The notes: a model not told the origin generated them from the letters alone. A stretch of 64,000 bases of DNA from Desulfatiglandales bacterium (GCA_963667015.2 CAXXJJ010000001.1:2464001-2528000); one strand, 5' to 3'. Positions 1-10,520 are shown, counted from the stretch's first letter. Translations and numbers: made by a program.

Positions 1-11
1 GCCTAGAAAAA

Positions 12-83
12 CAGGCTGAAGCTTTTTAGTCTGAAGGCTGTAGCAAAAGCTTTTCCTAATAGCCTATAGCCTTCAGCCTGCCT
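12..83. repeat. Dispersed inverted-repeat element (CAGGCTGAAG...CTTCAGCCTG), copy 1
   Basis: Terminal inverted repeats at 12-21 and 71-80; the same ends recur at 46277-46371; right end overlaps the stop codon of the GTPase gene. Confidence 0.6.
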
Positions 84-1494
84 GGCTGCTTTTAGTTTCC
101 CTGATAATCTCCAGCAGGATTCCCTCCAGATTCTTTTTTACTTCCTCATTCCCGTTATCCGGATATTTGCGCAGCGTATTGAATATCTTTGCCAGCTCTC
201 TCCTCTGACCGGATTTTATTCCCTTTACTATCCCGGCATTATCAGGATTTTGAATAATGATTTTTTCCCGCCGGCTGTGCGCAAAATCCCGGACTGTAAA
301 ATAATGAAGGAGGGCGCGGTCCATTAAAACCCATGGGAAATTCTGGTTCTTGTGCGGCCCAACCCGGACCAGTCGGCTTCCTTTTAAAAATTTACTCACA
401 TGCTCGATAGAGGCAAACCTTTTGGTTGAAAAATAGGCAACAGATCCTGCCCCTATCAATGCCCCGCCCACGGCCCCTGCCAGAAATGATGATCCTCCAA
501 CTGCGGCGTCAAGGGTTCCGCCCAAGGCGGCACCGGCAATAACCCCCAGGCTTAAAAGCTGACGGGGAGTCAGGCCCAGCATGGCCCAGGTTGATTCTGC
601 AAACAGATCCTGCTGGAACACTGGTTTTCCCAGTTCTGTTTCTTCCCTCACAAGATTATTATGCTGATATAACTTCTCAATCGTCTGTCTGGATTTGATC
701 TCCCTTTTACGCAGCCAGTCATGGAATTTGGTTTCAAGTCCTGCCCTGTGGTCCTCAATATCTTCGTGTTTATAAAGCCCTATTTCCGCATAATGGGTCA
801 GTTCTGCTGCAAGCATCTCCGATATGATATGTGCAGCTTCTCTTTCTCGTCGCTTCCATTCCGCATTAAGATACCTGATTGCCTCATCTACCCTGGGACG
901 CCATGCGTCGTGAAGTTCCCGGAACGCCTGAAACAGCTCCACCCTGTCCTGGAACCGGACATGCTGGGCATTAAACTGTCTTACAACACTAAAATATTGA
1001 TCAAGGGCAGGACGCCATCCCTCGGTAAAGTCATTATCCCCGATGTGATTGATCAGTGCCATGCGCGGCTGCCCGGTCCACCGGAGTATTTCCATTTCTG
1101 CCTCAAAATTTCTCCTGAAGGGCTTTGCACCATCCACAACATAAAGAACGCCTGCACCGTTTAAAATAGGTTTAAGGAGCCGGCACTCATCAACAAAATC
1201 ATTCGTGTCTTTAAAATGCTCATAAAAATTAATAACTACATCACGACGGTTTGCGGCTGATACTTCACGTTCTTTCATCCAGGCAAGGGCGCGGGGGGCC
1301 TGCTGAAATCCGGGTGTGTCAATCAAAGTAATAATCGTCTGGCCGTCCACCTTTATGGGGAATTCCTGGCAGACAAGGGTGGTGCCTGCACCGCTGTCGA
1401 TAGCTACTGTTTCATCCTCTGCCAGTGCTGAAACAATACTTGATTTACCCTTGTTCACCCTGCCTATCACGGCAAATACCGGTATATCTGTCAT
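73..1494 (-). CDS. P-loop GTPase with DUF3482-like C-terminal domain
   Basis: G1 GRVNKGKS, G3 DTPG, Gly-rich hydrophobic segment (GAALGGTLDAAVGG); 4-bp overlap with upstream membrane protein gene. Confidence 0.75.
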   Translation of the reverse strand: MTDIPVFAVIGRVNKGKSSIVSALAEDETVAIDSGAGTTLVCQEFPIKVDGQTIITLIDTPGFQQAPRALAWMKEREVSAANRRDVVINFYEHFKDTNDFVDECRLLKPILNGAGVLYVVDGAKPFRRNFEAEMEILRWTGQPRMALINHIGDNDFTEGWRPALDQYFSVVRQFNAQHVRFQDRVELFQAFRELHDAWRPRVDEAIRYLNAEWKRREREAAHIISEMLAAELTHYAEIGLYKHEDIEDHRAGLETKFHDWLRKREIKSRQTIEKLYQHNNLVREETELGKPVFQQDLFAESTWAMLGLTPRQLLSLGVIAGAALGGTLDAAVGGSSFLAGAVGGALIGAGSVAYFSTKRFASIEHVSKFLKGSRLVRVGPHKNQNFPWVLMDRALLHYFTVRDFAHSRREKIIIQNPDNAGIVKGIKSGQRRELAKIFNTLRKYPDNGNEEVKKNLEGILLEIIRETKSSQAG

Positions 1495-2999
1495 TGGAGT
1501 GCCCCTGTAACCGGTTCTACACTTATAAAAGGATCATTTACCCTTGCTGCTGCATCCTGCCAGTTCTGCCAGTCAGTTTTTGTTGGAGAGATTATATCCT
1601 TGTCAGAATCAAGGCTAAGAAGACCTATTACAACAGGGCGATCCGCCTTTATATTTGAACGCAGGTGATGTAAAAAATGTATTACCGCCTTGCCCGGAGC
1701 CTCCCATGATTCGGCCAGTAAAAGAATAGGCGCATCATCTTGACTTCCTTTAAAGCGTTCAAGGGTATGCTCATCCTGATTATTGTCAAGCATGCCTGCA
1801 TATAAGGTTTCTTCAACACTCCATTGAAACCCAGCCTGAACAATCTTTATTATTTCCTGTTCAGACAGGTCGATTTCTTCCCAGATAATCAGATAACAGG
1901 CCCCGGAGTTATGGGCATGTTTATTCGGGTTTTTTAATTTCTGTTTTTCAGGCATGCCTTCCCTGTTATTCATATCTTCGGTCCGGCTGGAAAATATAGG
2001 GGATGTCAGTCTCCTGTATAGAGAATCAAATTCTGCCGAAAGAAAGGGAGTACGCCTTTGGGCGCGGGAAAGTGCAAATCCTGAAAACATCAGAAAAATA
2101 AATCTGGGAATCAGGCCGTAAAAGATCAGGGTGCAGATTAAAAAAGGCCACCAGCCTCCTGCAGTCAATGCGTTGCTGTTTATACCTGAATAATTACCGT
2201 CCATGCGAAAATAGCGTGTCGATTCAACAAGGTCCAATGTTGGAACAAGCTCAGGGGATAACAGTGCCCACGGTGCCGAAATAACCGAGACAATACTGTG
2301 AAAAAAATCGGGCGAAACATCCAGCGTCGTGTTCCAGGCAAATGCCAGATCAGAGAAGGTTACAAGGTATGCGCATGCTGCAAGGGCGCCCAGGCTGAAT
2401 GCAAATCCGCCGAGCTGGGTAATACTGAAAAGGGTCCATCTTTCGATATTTTTATATATTGCATGCCTGGATTTCACACGATTAAACAAACCGGTCATAT
2501 GACGCAGTGATTCTGTTTTGTTTTTATAGAGGTGTTTACTGACCGTTCCCACAATATAGGTGAAAACAAGGCGTGCGAATCTGTAGAAGTCGCCTACCAG
2601 TGGAATCCTGCTGCGGATATTGCCGGGAAGAATATTCAGGAAAAACAGCAGATAAAGCAGGCTCTGAAGTCCTGCAAATACAGCAATAAAGTTTACAATA
2701 TTAACCGGATGGGATCCGTCATAGGTAAGGATTCCCGCACAGGCTGTTGCTCCTGAGACCAGGAAGAAAAAAAATACAAGATAGCGTAAAAAGAGCAGGG
2801 CTGAAGTGAGAGACTGACCCGGATATGAATTTTCATCTTCAAGCTTGTTAAGCCAGAACCTGAACAGGGAGATGCGGTCATCTTCAGAACCGTTATAGTC
2901 TTTGCCTATCTTTCTATCCCTCTCACGCTGTTCTGCCGGATCGGATTGCGTATCTTTATAGAGCTGATATTCAAGATTTATTATTTCATTAAGTTTCAA
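1491..2999 (-). CDS. DUF2868-like multi-pass membrane protein
   Basis: Several TM segments, DLAFAWNTTL and WWPFL..YGLIPR motifs; usual partner of the DUF3482 GTPase. Confidence 0.7.
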   Translation of the reverse strand: MKLNEIINLEYQLYKDTQSDPAEQRERDRKIGKDYNGSEDDRISLFRFWLNKLEDENSYPGQSLTSALLFLRYLVFFFFLVSGATACAGILTYDGSHPVNIVNFIAVFAGLQSLLYLLFFLNILPGNIRSRIPLVGDFYRFARLVFTYIVGTVSKHLYKNKTESLRHMTGLFNRVKSRHAIYKNIERWTLFSITQLGGFAFSLGALAACAYLVTFSDLAFAWNTTLDVSPDFFHSIVSVISAPWALLSPELVPTLDLVESTRYFRMDGNYSGINSNALTAGGWWPFLICTLIFYGLIPRFIFLMFSGFALSRAQRRTPFLSAEFDSLYRRLTSPIFSSRTEDMNNREGMPEKQKLKNPNKHAHNSGACYLIIWEEIDLSEQEIIKIVQAGFQWSVEETLYAGMLDNNQDEHTLERFKGSQDDAPILLLAESWEAPGKAVIHFLHHLRSNIKADRPVVIGLLSLDSDKDIISPTKTDWQNWQDAAARVNDPFISVEPVTGALQ

Positions 3000-3040
3000 G
3001 TGTGCTGCCTGAGCTGATGAATATCATGTTACTTTTTTAT

Positions 3041-3250
3041 TCACATATTTTTGTTAAATACCCATATCGTTAATCTTACAACATATACGGCGAGCAGTGA
3101 ACAGATTGCACCTAAAAGGATGACTATGAGACCCGCCTCTATTTTCAGCAGACGACATAGTGAAAGAAATACTGTCAATCCCCCCGCAATAGTTAATAGA
3201 AACCAGACAAGTTCTTTGATCAGTCTCTTCTTTTTATTCATGCCTGGCAT
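3041..3250 (-). CDS. Small two-TM hypothetical membrane protein
   Basis: Basic N-terminus plus two hydrophobic helices; co-oriented with neighbours. Confidence 0.55.
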   Translation of the reverse strand: MPGMNKKKRLIKELVWFLLTIAGGLTVFLSLCRLLKIEAGLIVILLGAICSLLAVYVVRLTIWVFNKNM

Positions 3251-3324
3251 CCTTTAAAAATAAGCTTTGTTACTGTCAGGGAAAAATAAATCCAATCTAT
3301 TTTAAGAGTATAGAATCAAGCGTT

Positions 3325-3819
3325 TTAATAAAGATAAAATCCCAGGGCCTTGTCTTCCGATACGTTGGGATCAAAGGAACAGAACTCTACATTTACAAAA
3401 TTGTCTTTTATATTCCTGACATAAACCTGTTTTCTGATCAGTGTCCTGTTTTTATTATCCAGATTAAATTCCACTTCAATGATATCATCAGCTTTAAATA
3501 AAGGGGTTGATAACATCTTAAATTTGAGGCCCCCTTTGGAAATATCCAGCACGGTCATCGGTCCTTTCTGGTCATCACCTAAAAGCGGAGTGAAAGTGAA
3601 TTTCCCGGGGAATTTAGTATCTTTCCTGTAATATTTTCTTCTCTCCAGGGTAACGGAATATACATTTCCACAGGGGCATTTGACTTTCAGAGTAACAGCG
3701 GTTGTTATTTTTTTATACTTCGAGACATTAGCTTCCTTGTTGGCATGACATTTCGGACATTGAAAAGAAGCCGTATCCTTGTCAGAAAGATATATTTTTT
3801 GCGGTGTTGCAGCGTTCAT
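3325..3819 (-). CDS. Zn-ribbon + PilZ domain protein
   Basis: CPKC and CPCG pairs, then PilZ motifs RRKYYR and DISKGG; AGAGG RBS. Confidence 0.85.
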   Translation of the reverse strand: MNAATPQKIYLSDKDTASFQCPKCHANKEANVSKYKKITTAVTLKVKCPCGNVYSVTLERRKYYRKDTKFPGKFTFTPLLGDDQKGPMTVLDISKGGLKFKMLSTPLFKADDIIEVEFNLDNKNRTLIRKQVYVRNIKDNFVNVEFCSFDPNVSEDKALGFYLY

Positions 3820-3965
3820 TGTTGACCTCTAACTCTTATTTATACCTTTAATTTAGGTATAATATGTTGAACTAAAGTTATGTTTTGCCTTTATTTTATA
3901 AACTTTGCAAGTTTTATCAATTAAATATTCAGAAAATTGGGGAATCCGGTTAACAACAGGTCTAC

Positions 3966-5156
3966 TTATAAATTCAGCGAACGCATAATTCCCAGTTCAA
4001 GCCCCCTTAGTTCTGCCAGACCTCTCATTCGACCCAGCAGCGAATAACCCGGATATATGCCATTTTTATCCTTTTCAAAAAGCATGAGCTGTCCGTGATC
4101 CGGCCGCATCGGGATTTTCAATTTGCTGCCGACCGATTCTTCCCTCCGCTTCTGCTCCATAAGAAGTTCTTTCATTATGGTATAAAGATCCACATCCCCC
4201 TCAAGATGCCAGGTTTCAATAAAATTACCCTGCTCATCCCTTTCAAGGCTTCTCAGGTGTACAAAATTGATTTTTGGCGCAAAGGTTTTAACCATATCAG
4301 CAAGATCATTCCTGTACCCGGCCCCCAGCGATCCGGTACAGAATGTGATCCCATTTGCGGGTGAGTCGTATGCATTAAGCAGTTTTTCAATGTCCTGTTT
4401 TGTTCCGGCAACCCTGGGCAGTCCTAACAGGGTCCAGGGCGGATCATCCGGATGAATTGCCATGAAGACCCCGGACTCTTCTGCCGCAGGGGTAATTTCT
4501 TTTATAAAGTTATAGAGATTTTTTCTTACCTCTGCCTCACCGATCCTGTTGTATTCAAGGACCGCGTTCCTGAAGACCTCAAACGGCAATGTCTCCAGTG
4601 AGCCGGGAAGTCCGAAGAGGATTGTCCTGGTCAGGTCGTCCTTTTCATTCCCGTTCATATTCTTAAAATATATTTCAGCCTCATGGATTATTTCAGGAGA
4701 ATAATCCTTTTCTGCTCCGGGCCTTTCCAGGATATAGATGTCAAAAGCTGCCAATGCTTTGGGCTCAAATTTTGTTGTTATGGTTCCGTCTTTTGTTTCA
4801 ACCATCAGGTTTGTGCGCGACCAGTCCAGGACAGGCATAAAGTTATAGCAGACAGTCCTGATATCGCATTCAGCCAGATTGCGGATTGACTGTTTATAAT
4901 TTTCAATAAGGAGAGGACAGTCGCTGCTTCCCTTTTTGATATTTTCATGTACAGGAAGGCTCTCAACAACAGACCATTTAAGGCCTTCATTCTCAATAAC
5001 TTTTTTTCTTTTCCTGATCTCTTCAACCGGCCAGATCTCACCCACAGGTATATGATGCAGTGCAGTGACAATTCCGGTAACACCAATCTGTTTTATCTCT
5101 TTTAATGAGATTGTATCATTGGGGCCGAACCACCGCCATGTATGTTCAAAAGCCAT
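3966..5156 (-). CDS. uxuA: Mannonate dehydratase
   Basis: N-terminal TWRWFGPND, CYNFMPVLDWSRT, IHPDDPP and RPDHG motifs. Confidence 0.95.
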   Translation of the reverse strand: MAFEHTWRWFGPNDTISLKEIKQIGVTGIVTALHHIPVGEIWPVEEIRKRKKVIENEGLKWSVVESLPVHENIKKGSSDCPLLIENYKQSIRNLAECDIRTVCYNFMPVLDWSRTNLMVETKDGTITTKFEPKALAAFDIYILERPGAEKDYSPEIIHEAEIYFKNMNGNEKDDLTRTILFGLPGSLETLPFEVFRNAVLEYNRIGEAEVRKNLYNFIKEITPAAEESGVFMAIHPDDPPWTLLGLPRVAGTKQDIEKLLNAYDSPANGITFCTGSLGAGYRNDLADMVKTFAPKINFVHLRSLERDEQGNFIETWHLEGDVDLYTIMKELLMEQKRREESVGSKLKIPMRPDHGQLMLFEKDKNGIYPGYSLLGRMRGLAELRGLELGIMRSLNL

Positions 5157-5164
5157 ATGTCTTA

Positions 5165-5989
5165 TTAAACTCCGCTAAAGGCGTTGAAACCGCCGTCAAT
5201 CGGGATTATAGCCCCGGTTACAAATCCGGATGCATCGCTGGCAAGCCAGATTACGGCACCAATCATTTCATCCGGTTCCCCGAATCGTTTAAAAGGTGTC
5301 ATATTAATAATTGTCCGGCCTCTATCGGTGAGTGATCCGTCCTCATTGGTTAATAGAGTTCTGTTCTGGTTGGTCAGAAGGAATCCGGGAGCAATGGCAT
5401 TAATCCTTACCCCGCTGCCGAATTTCTGAGCCAGCTCAACAGCCATCCATTTTGTGAAATTATCAACAGCCGCCTTGGCGGCCGAATAGCCTACAACCCG
5501 TGTAATTGTTCGATATGAAGCCATGGATGAAATATTGATTATTGATCCTTTTTTATTTTCAGCCATTGATTTTGCAAACACCAGGGTGGGAAGAACCGTG
5601 CCGTTGAAGTTGAGATCGGTCACCTTTTTAAATTCGTCAATTTTAAGGTCAAAAATATTCTGGTCAACCCCTATGGTTGCACCCGGCATGTTTCCGCCAG
5701 CCGCGTTTACCAGTATGTCGATTCTGCCGTATCTATCCAGTATCTGATCATTAACCCTTTTTAATCCTGCCTCATCCAGAACATCGCATTGGAAGGCTGT
5801 TATTTCGTTTTCATGTGTGCTTAGTTCCTGCACCTTTTTTTGAAGGCTGGATTCAGTCCTGCCGAGTATTATTGCCTTTGCGCCTGAATTGAGGAAGCCC
5901 TTTGCCAGTTCACCGCCGATTATACCGCCGCCGCCGGTTATTATGACAACCCTGTCTTTTACGTCGAATAATGAGTTTATATAATTCAT
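5165..5989 (-). CDS. uxuB: SDR-family D-mannonate oxidoreductase (UxuB-like)
   Basis: TGGGGIIG, NAAGGN, YSAAK; adjacent to uxuA. Confidence 0.8.
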   Translation of the reverse strand: MNYINSLFDVKDRVVIITGGGGIIGGELAKGFLNSGAKAIILGRTESSLQKKVQELSTHENEITAFQCDVLDEAGLKRVNDQILDRYGRIDILVNAAGGNMPGATIGVDQNIFDLKIDEFKKVTDLNFNGTVLPTLVFAKSMAENKKGSIINISSMASYRTITRVVGYSAAKAAVDNFTKWMAVELAQKFGSGVRINAIAPGFLLTNQNRTLLTNEDGSLTDRGRTIINMTPFKRFGEPDEMIGAVIWLASDASGFVTGAIIPIDGGFNAFSGV

Positions 5990-6139
5990 ATTTTTCCTGG
6001 TAGGTGTTTATTGATTTATAAAACAGCTTTAATAATACCGATTGGATTTCTTTTTTCAATAGTAATATACGATCCTGTTGATGATTGTAAAACATTGGTG
6101 TATTCTTTCAGAGCTTCATTTCAAAATTACAGTTAACAG

Positions 6140-6784
6140 GTGATATTTATGAATTCCAGCGAAATTTACTCAAAACTTGAAGAGTTTAAAATTATTCCGG
6201 TTGTGGCAATAGAAGATGCCGGGGACTCGCTGAAGCTTGCCGATGCCCTGATTGAGGGAGGTCTCCCGTGTGCCGAAATTACCTTCCGCACAAAGGATGC
6301 TGCTCCTGCCATTAAAAAAATCTCACAGGAAAGGGGAGGAATTCTCCCGGGTGCGGGTACTGTACTCAAAGTTGACCAGGTCAAGGAGGCCTGTGACAGC
6401 GGTGCAGAGTTTATCGTTTCCCCGGGGTTTAATCCAAAGGTCGTTGAATACTGTTTGAAAAACAGTATTACAGTGATCCCCGGAACCAGCAATCCGACGG
6501 ATATTGAAATGGCCCTTGACTTTGATCTGAGTGTTGTAAAATATTTTCCTGCCGAGAGTTTCGGAGGAATCAAAACACTGAAGGCAATAAGCGCGCCCTA
6601 TTCAATGATGAAATTTGTCCCGACAGGCGGGATCAGTATTAAGAATTGCATGGATTACCTGGATTTTCAAAAGGTCCTGGCTGTCGGAGGAAGCTGGATG
6701 GTGGCAAAATCATTAATCAATGAAGGTAACTTTCAGGAAATTACCAGACTGACAAAAGAGGCCATGAGCCTGGTTCATGGATAA
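6140..6784 (+). CDS. eda: KDPG/KHG aldolase
   Basis: EITFRT, GAGTVL, FIVSPG, KYFPAE, PTGGI motifs; start may be the ATG at 6149. Confidence 0.95.
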   Translation: MIFMNSSEIYSKLEEFKIIPVVAIEDAGDSLKLADALIEGGLPCAEITFRTKDAAPAIKKISQERGGILPGAGTVLKVDQVKEACDSGAEFIVSPGFNPKVVEYCLKNSITVIPGTSNPTDIEMALDFDLSVVKYFPAESFGGIKTLKAISAPYSMMKFVPTGGISIKNCMDYLDFQKVLAVGGSWMVAKSLINEGNFQEITRLTKEAMSLVHG

Positions 6785-6795
6785 CAGGAGATGAT

Positions 6796-7896
6796 ATGCC
6801 GGTTCTTCGAATAAAAGAAAAAAAAGATTGCAGATATGATCTTGTCTCTCTCGGAGAGGTAATGCTTCGCTTTGATCCAGGCGAGGGTAGAATCCATACA
6901 TCGAGAAACTTCAGGGTATGGGAAGGCGGGGGAGAATACAATGTCGCCAGGGGGCTGAGAAGATGTTTTAAAATGGATACCGCTGTTGTTACTGCCTTTG
7001 CTGATAATGCAGTGGGAAGGCTGCTTGAAGACTTTATTCTTCAGGGTGGGGTGGACACAGCCTTTATCAAATGGCGTGAATATGACGGCTGCGGACGCGA
7101 GGTCAGGAACGGGCTCAACTTCACGGAAAGGGGCTTCGGAATACGCGGGGCACTGGGGGTATCTGACAGGGGCCATACTGCAGCTTCCCAGATGAAGGCC
7201 GGCGATATTGACTGGGAATATATCTTCGGTAAGTGCGGAGTAAGATGGCTTCATACCGGGGGCATCTTTGCGGCATTATCCGAAACAACGCCTGAAGTTA
7301 TAGAAGAGGCAATGACAGCAGCCAAAAGGCATAATACGATAATATCCTATGACTTAAATTACCGTCCCAGCCTGTGGAAGGCGATCGGCGGTCAGCAGAA
7401 GGCCCAGGAGGTAAACAGGCGTATTGCCCGGTATGTTGATGTAATGATCGGAAATGAAGAGGATTTTACTGCCTGCCTGGGTTATCAGGTAGAAGATGTT
7501 GACAGTAATTTATCAAACCTGAATGTGGAAAAATTCAAAAAAATGATCCGCAAGGTTGTAAAGGATTTTCCCAACTTTAAGATGACTGCAACAACCCTGA
7601 GGACAGTAAAGTCGGCATCGGTTAATGACTGGGGAGCCATCTGCTGGGCGAATGATAACTTCTATCAGGCCACCCAGCGTGACAACCTGGAGATATTTGA
7701 CCGCGTTGGCGGAGGAGACAGTTTTGCCTCGGGCTTTATTTATGGAATGATGATCTTTGATGACCCGGGTAAGGCGGTCGAATATGGCGCTGCCCATGGT
7801 GCCCTGGCCATGACCACTGCCGGTGATACAACCATGGCAAGGCTTTCCGAGGTGGAAAAGCTGGTAAAAGGGGGCGGAGCAAGAGTAGACCGGTGA
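6796..7896 (+). CDS. kdgK: 2-keto-3-deoxygluconate kinase (PfkB family)
   Basis: GEVMLRFDP, GGGEYNVA, DLNYRPSLW, DRVGGGDSF. Confidence 0.9.
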   Translation: MPVLRIKEKKDCRYDLVSLGEVMLRFDPGEGRIHTSRNFRVWEGGGEYNVARGLRRCFKMDTAVVTAFADNAVGRLLEDFILQGGVDTAFIKWREYDGCGREVRNGLNFTERGFGIRGALGVSDRGHTAASQMKAGDIDWEYIFGKCGVRWLHTGGIFAALSETTPEVIEEAMTAAKRHNTIISYDLNYRPSLWKAIGGQQKAQEVNRRIARYVDVMIGNEEDFTACLGYQVEDVDSNLSNLNVEKFKKMIRKVVKDFPNFKMTATTLRTVKSASVNDWGAICWANDNFYQATQRDNLEIFDRVGGGDSFASGFIYGMMIFDDPGKAVEYGAAHGALAMTTAGDTTMARLSEVEKLVKGGGARVDR

Positions 7897-7932
7897 TTTT
7901 CTAATGGCTTTAATAAAAGGACCCAGATTAAT

Positions 7933-9324
7933 ATGAGCTTTCTGCACAAAGACAGATTGTTTCCGGCAGAAGAGAAGACACGGGAAATTGCCCGTTCTCT
8001 ATACAGCGGAATAAAGGATCTTCCGATAATAAGCCCGCACGGTCATACTGACCCATCCTGGTATGCGGATGATATTAATTTTAAAAATCCTGCGGAGCTG
8101 TTTATTATACCCGACCATTATCTGGTCAGGATGCTCTGTTCCCAGGGATATACCCATGGTGAAATGGGGATAAAATCCCTTGATGGTTCTGCATATGAGC
8201 CAGATCCCAGAAAGATATGGCAAATCTTTTCTGACAACTATCATTTATTCTACGGTACTCCAACAAGGATGTGGCTCGATCATGTGTTTAGCGAGATATT
8301 TGAAATTGAGCAGGAGCTGGATAAAGACACCGCTGAATTTTACTACAATACAATAAATGAGAAACTAGGCTCGGAAGAGTTCAGGGTAAGGAGCCTCTAT
8401 AAAAAATTCAGGATAGAGGCAATAAGCACAACTGATGAGCCCAACAGTACTCTTTCCTTTCATAAAAAAATACAGGATAAATGGGAAGGAAGGGTGGTCC
8501 CGTGTTTCAGGCCGGATACCATAATCGATCCCATGCATGAATCATTTGTCCCGGAGGTTAATCTGCTGTGCGGAGATAATTCAGCTTACCGGAGCTATCT
8601 CAATGCCATCAGGGAACGCAGGCTGTTTTTTAAGGAGAAGGGGGCGGTTTCAACGGATCACGGGTGTCTTGCGCCATATACCATTGAACTTTCCGAAAAC
8701 CGGATGCAGAAGCTTTTTGATAAGGCGCTTTCCCAAACTATTGAAAAAGAAGAGGCAAGGGATTTTCAGGGGCATATGCTTATAGAGATGGCCCGCATGA
8801 GTGTGGAGGATGGTCTTGTAATGCAGATACATCCCGGTGTTTTCAGAAATCACAGCAGTCTTGTCTATAAACGCTATGGAAGGGATAAGGGTGTGGATAT
8901 TCCAGTTGAAACGGAATATGTAAATTCCTTAAGACCTCTCCTTGAGTGTTACGGCCATGAAAAGAATCTGAAGATTATCATCTTTACACTTGATGATACA
9001 AGGTATACCCGGGAACTTGCGCCTCTTGCAGGCTATTATCCTGTGTTAAAACTCGGCCCGGCCTGGTGGTTTAATGATAGTCCCGAAGGCATGATGCGTT
9101 TCAGGGAGTCGGTGACAGAAACGGCAGGTTTTTATAATACCGTGGGTTTTAATGATGATACCAGGGCCTTTTTAAGCATTCCCGCAAGGCATGATATGGC
9201 AAGGCGTATTGATGCGTCATTCCTGGCCAGACTTGTAGCAGAACACAGGCTGAGTATGGATCAGGCAGAGAGGGTTGCGAAGGACCTTGCCTATAATATC
9301 CCCAGGGAGAGCTATAATTTGTAG
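7933..9324 (+). CDS. uxaC: Glucuronate (uronate) isomerase
   Basis: PIISPHGH, PDHY..RML, GPAWWFND, DDTRAFLSIPARHD. Confidence 0.95.
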   Translation: MSFLHKDRLFPAEEKTREIARSLYSGIKDLPIISPHGHTDPSWYADDINFKNPAELFIIPDHYLVRMLCSQGYTHGEMGIKSLDGSAYEPDPRKIWQIFSDNYHLFYGTPTRMWLDHVFSEIFEIEQELDKDTAEFYYNTINEKLGSEEFRVRSLYKKFRIEAISTTDEPNSTLSFHKKIQDKWEGRVVPCFRPDTIIDPMHESFVPEVNLLCGDNSAYRSYLNAIRERRLFFKEKGAVSTDHGCLAPYTIELSENRMQKLFDKALSQTIEKEEARDFQGHMLIEMARMSVEDGLVMQIHPGVFRNHSSLVYKRYGRDKGVDIPVETEYVNSLRPLLECYGHEKNLKIIIFTLDDTRYTRELAPLAGYYPVLKLGPAWWFNDSPEGMMRFRESVTETAGFYNTVGFNDDTRAFLSIPARHDMARRIDASFLARLVAEHRLSMDQAERVAKDLAYNIPRESYNL

Positions 9325-9891
9325 ATGGTGAATATCGGAAGAGGGCAGGTGCAAACACACACAATCTACACCATAGGACACTCCAATCAGGATGTGGAAA
9401 GCTTTATTGAATTACTCAAGAGAAACTCAATAGAGGTTGTGGTTGATGTGCGTTCCAGTCCCTATTCAAAATATGCCTCACAATTTAATAAGAGTGAGAT
9501 TCAGAAGGTTATTCAAAGTAACTGGATAAAATACCTGTTTATGGGGCAGGAAATAGGCGGAAAGCCCGCGGATACACAATTCTATGATTCTGAAGGATAC
9601 GTGCTCTATTCACATATCGCTGAATCGCCAGAGTTTATAGAGGGTGTCCAGCGGCTGTTAAAGGGAATAAAACAGTATAGAGTTGCCCTGATGTGCAGCG
9701 AGGAAAATCCTGAAACCTGCCACCGAAGACTTTTAATCGGAAGGGTGCTGTCTGATCATGGAGTAGATGTACTGCATATTAGAAGTGACAGCAGTATTCA
9801 GGCGGAAGAGGATTTTAGCAGCGCACAGCAGAGCATCTTTAACGAGGATAACAGGGCCTGGAAATCTACAAGGCCGGTATTAAAATTATAG
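9325..9891 (+). CDS. DUF488 family protein
   Basis: IYTIGHSN, VDVRSSPYS, LMCSEENPETCHRR. Confidence 0.85.
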   Translation: MVNIGRGQVQTHTIYTIGHSNQDVESFIELLKRNSIEVVVDVRSSPYSKYASQFNKSEIQKVIQSNWIKYLFMGQEIGGKPADTQFYDSEGYVLYSHIAESPEFIEGVQRLLKGIKQYRVALMCSEENPETCHRRLLIGRVLSDHGVDVLHIRSDSSIQAEEDFSSAQQSIFNEDNRAWKSTRPVLKL

Positions 9892-9929
9892 CTAAAACCA
9901 ATAACCCACAATTTTAAGGAGAAATTATC

Positions 9930-10520
9930 ATGAGAGTTTTAAAAAACCGAATTTCCTTTTCCTGCTTATTATTTGTAATGTTTCTGGGTACGACATTAAT
10001 GGCAGGGTGCGCCGTAAAGACTAATCCCGAGTATGCAAAAATGCTGGACCGGGTAGCGATAGAGGACATGATAGTAAAATATTATGTTGATATGGGGGCA
10101 GGGAAGCATCATGATCTGGCTATGTACTATACAGAAGATGCAATCCTCGATGTAAACAGCACTGTTGCAAAGGGCCGCGATGAAATAGAAAAAATGTATG
10201 CAGGTGCAGGTGACAGCGGGGAGGCCCCTTTCAGTGGAAAAATGCACATGCTGCTCAACAATGCCATTATCGATGTTGATGGAGATACTGCAACAGCATG
10301 GTTCATATGGACCGGTGTCTTAAACTATGATATCACAAAGCCACCGCGCTTTCAGGAACAGGGGCGTGAGTATGACAAGCTTGTGAAGATCGATGGCCGC
10401 TGGTATATCAAGGAAAGGTATATCACAGCTGACAGTGCATTACCTGCAATGTGGGAAAAGACCTATAAACCGAGGACTTTCAGAAAGAAAGAAGGCCGGC
10501 ATCGATCGGCCGGATCTTAA
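9930..10520 (+). CDS. NTF2/SnoaL-like lipoprotein
   Basis: Lipobox MAGC; DRVAIEDM, IDVDGDTATA, GREYDKLVKIDGRWYI. Confidence 0.8.
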   Translation: MRVLKNRISFSCLLFVMFLGTTLMAGCAVKTNPEYAKMLDRVAIEDMIVKYYVDMGAGKHHDLAMYYTEDAILDVNSTVAKGRDEIEKMYAGAGDSGEAPFSGKMHMLLNNAIIDVDGDTATAWFIWTGVLNYDITKPPRFQEQGREYDKLVKIDGRWYIKERYITADSALPAMWEKTYKPRTFRKKEGRHRSAGS

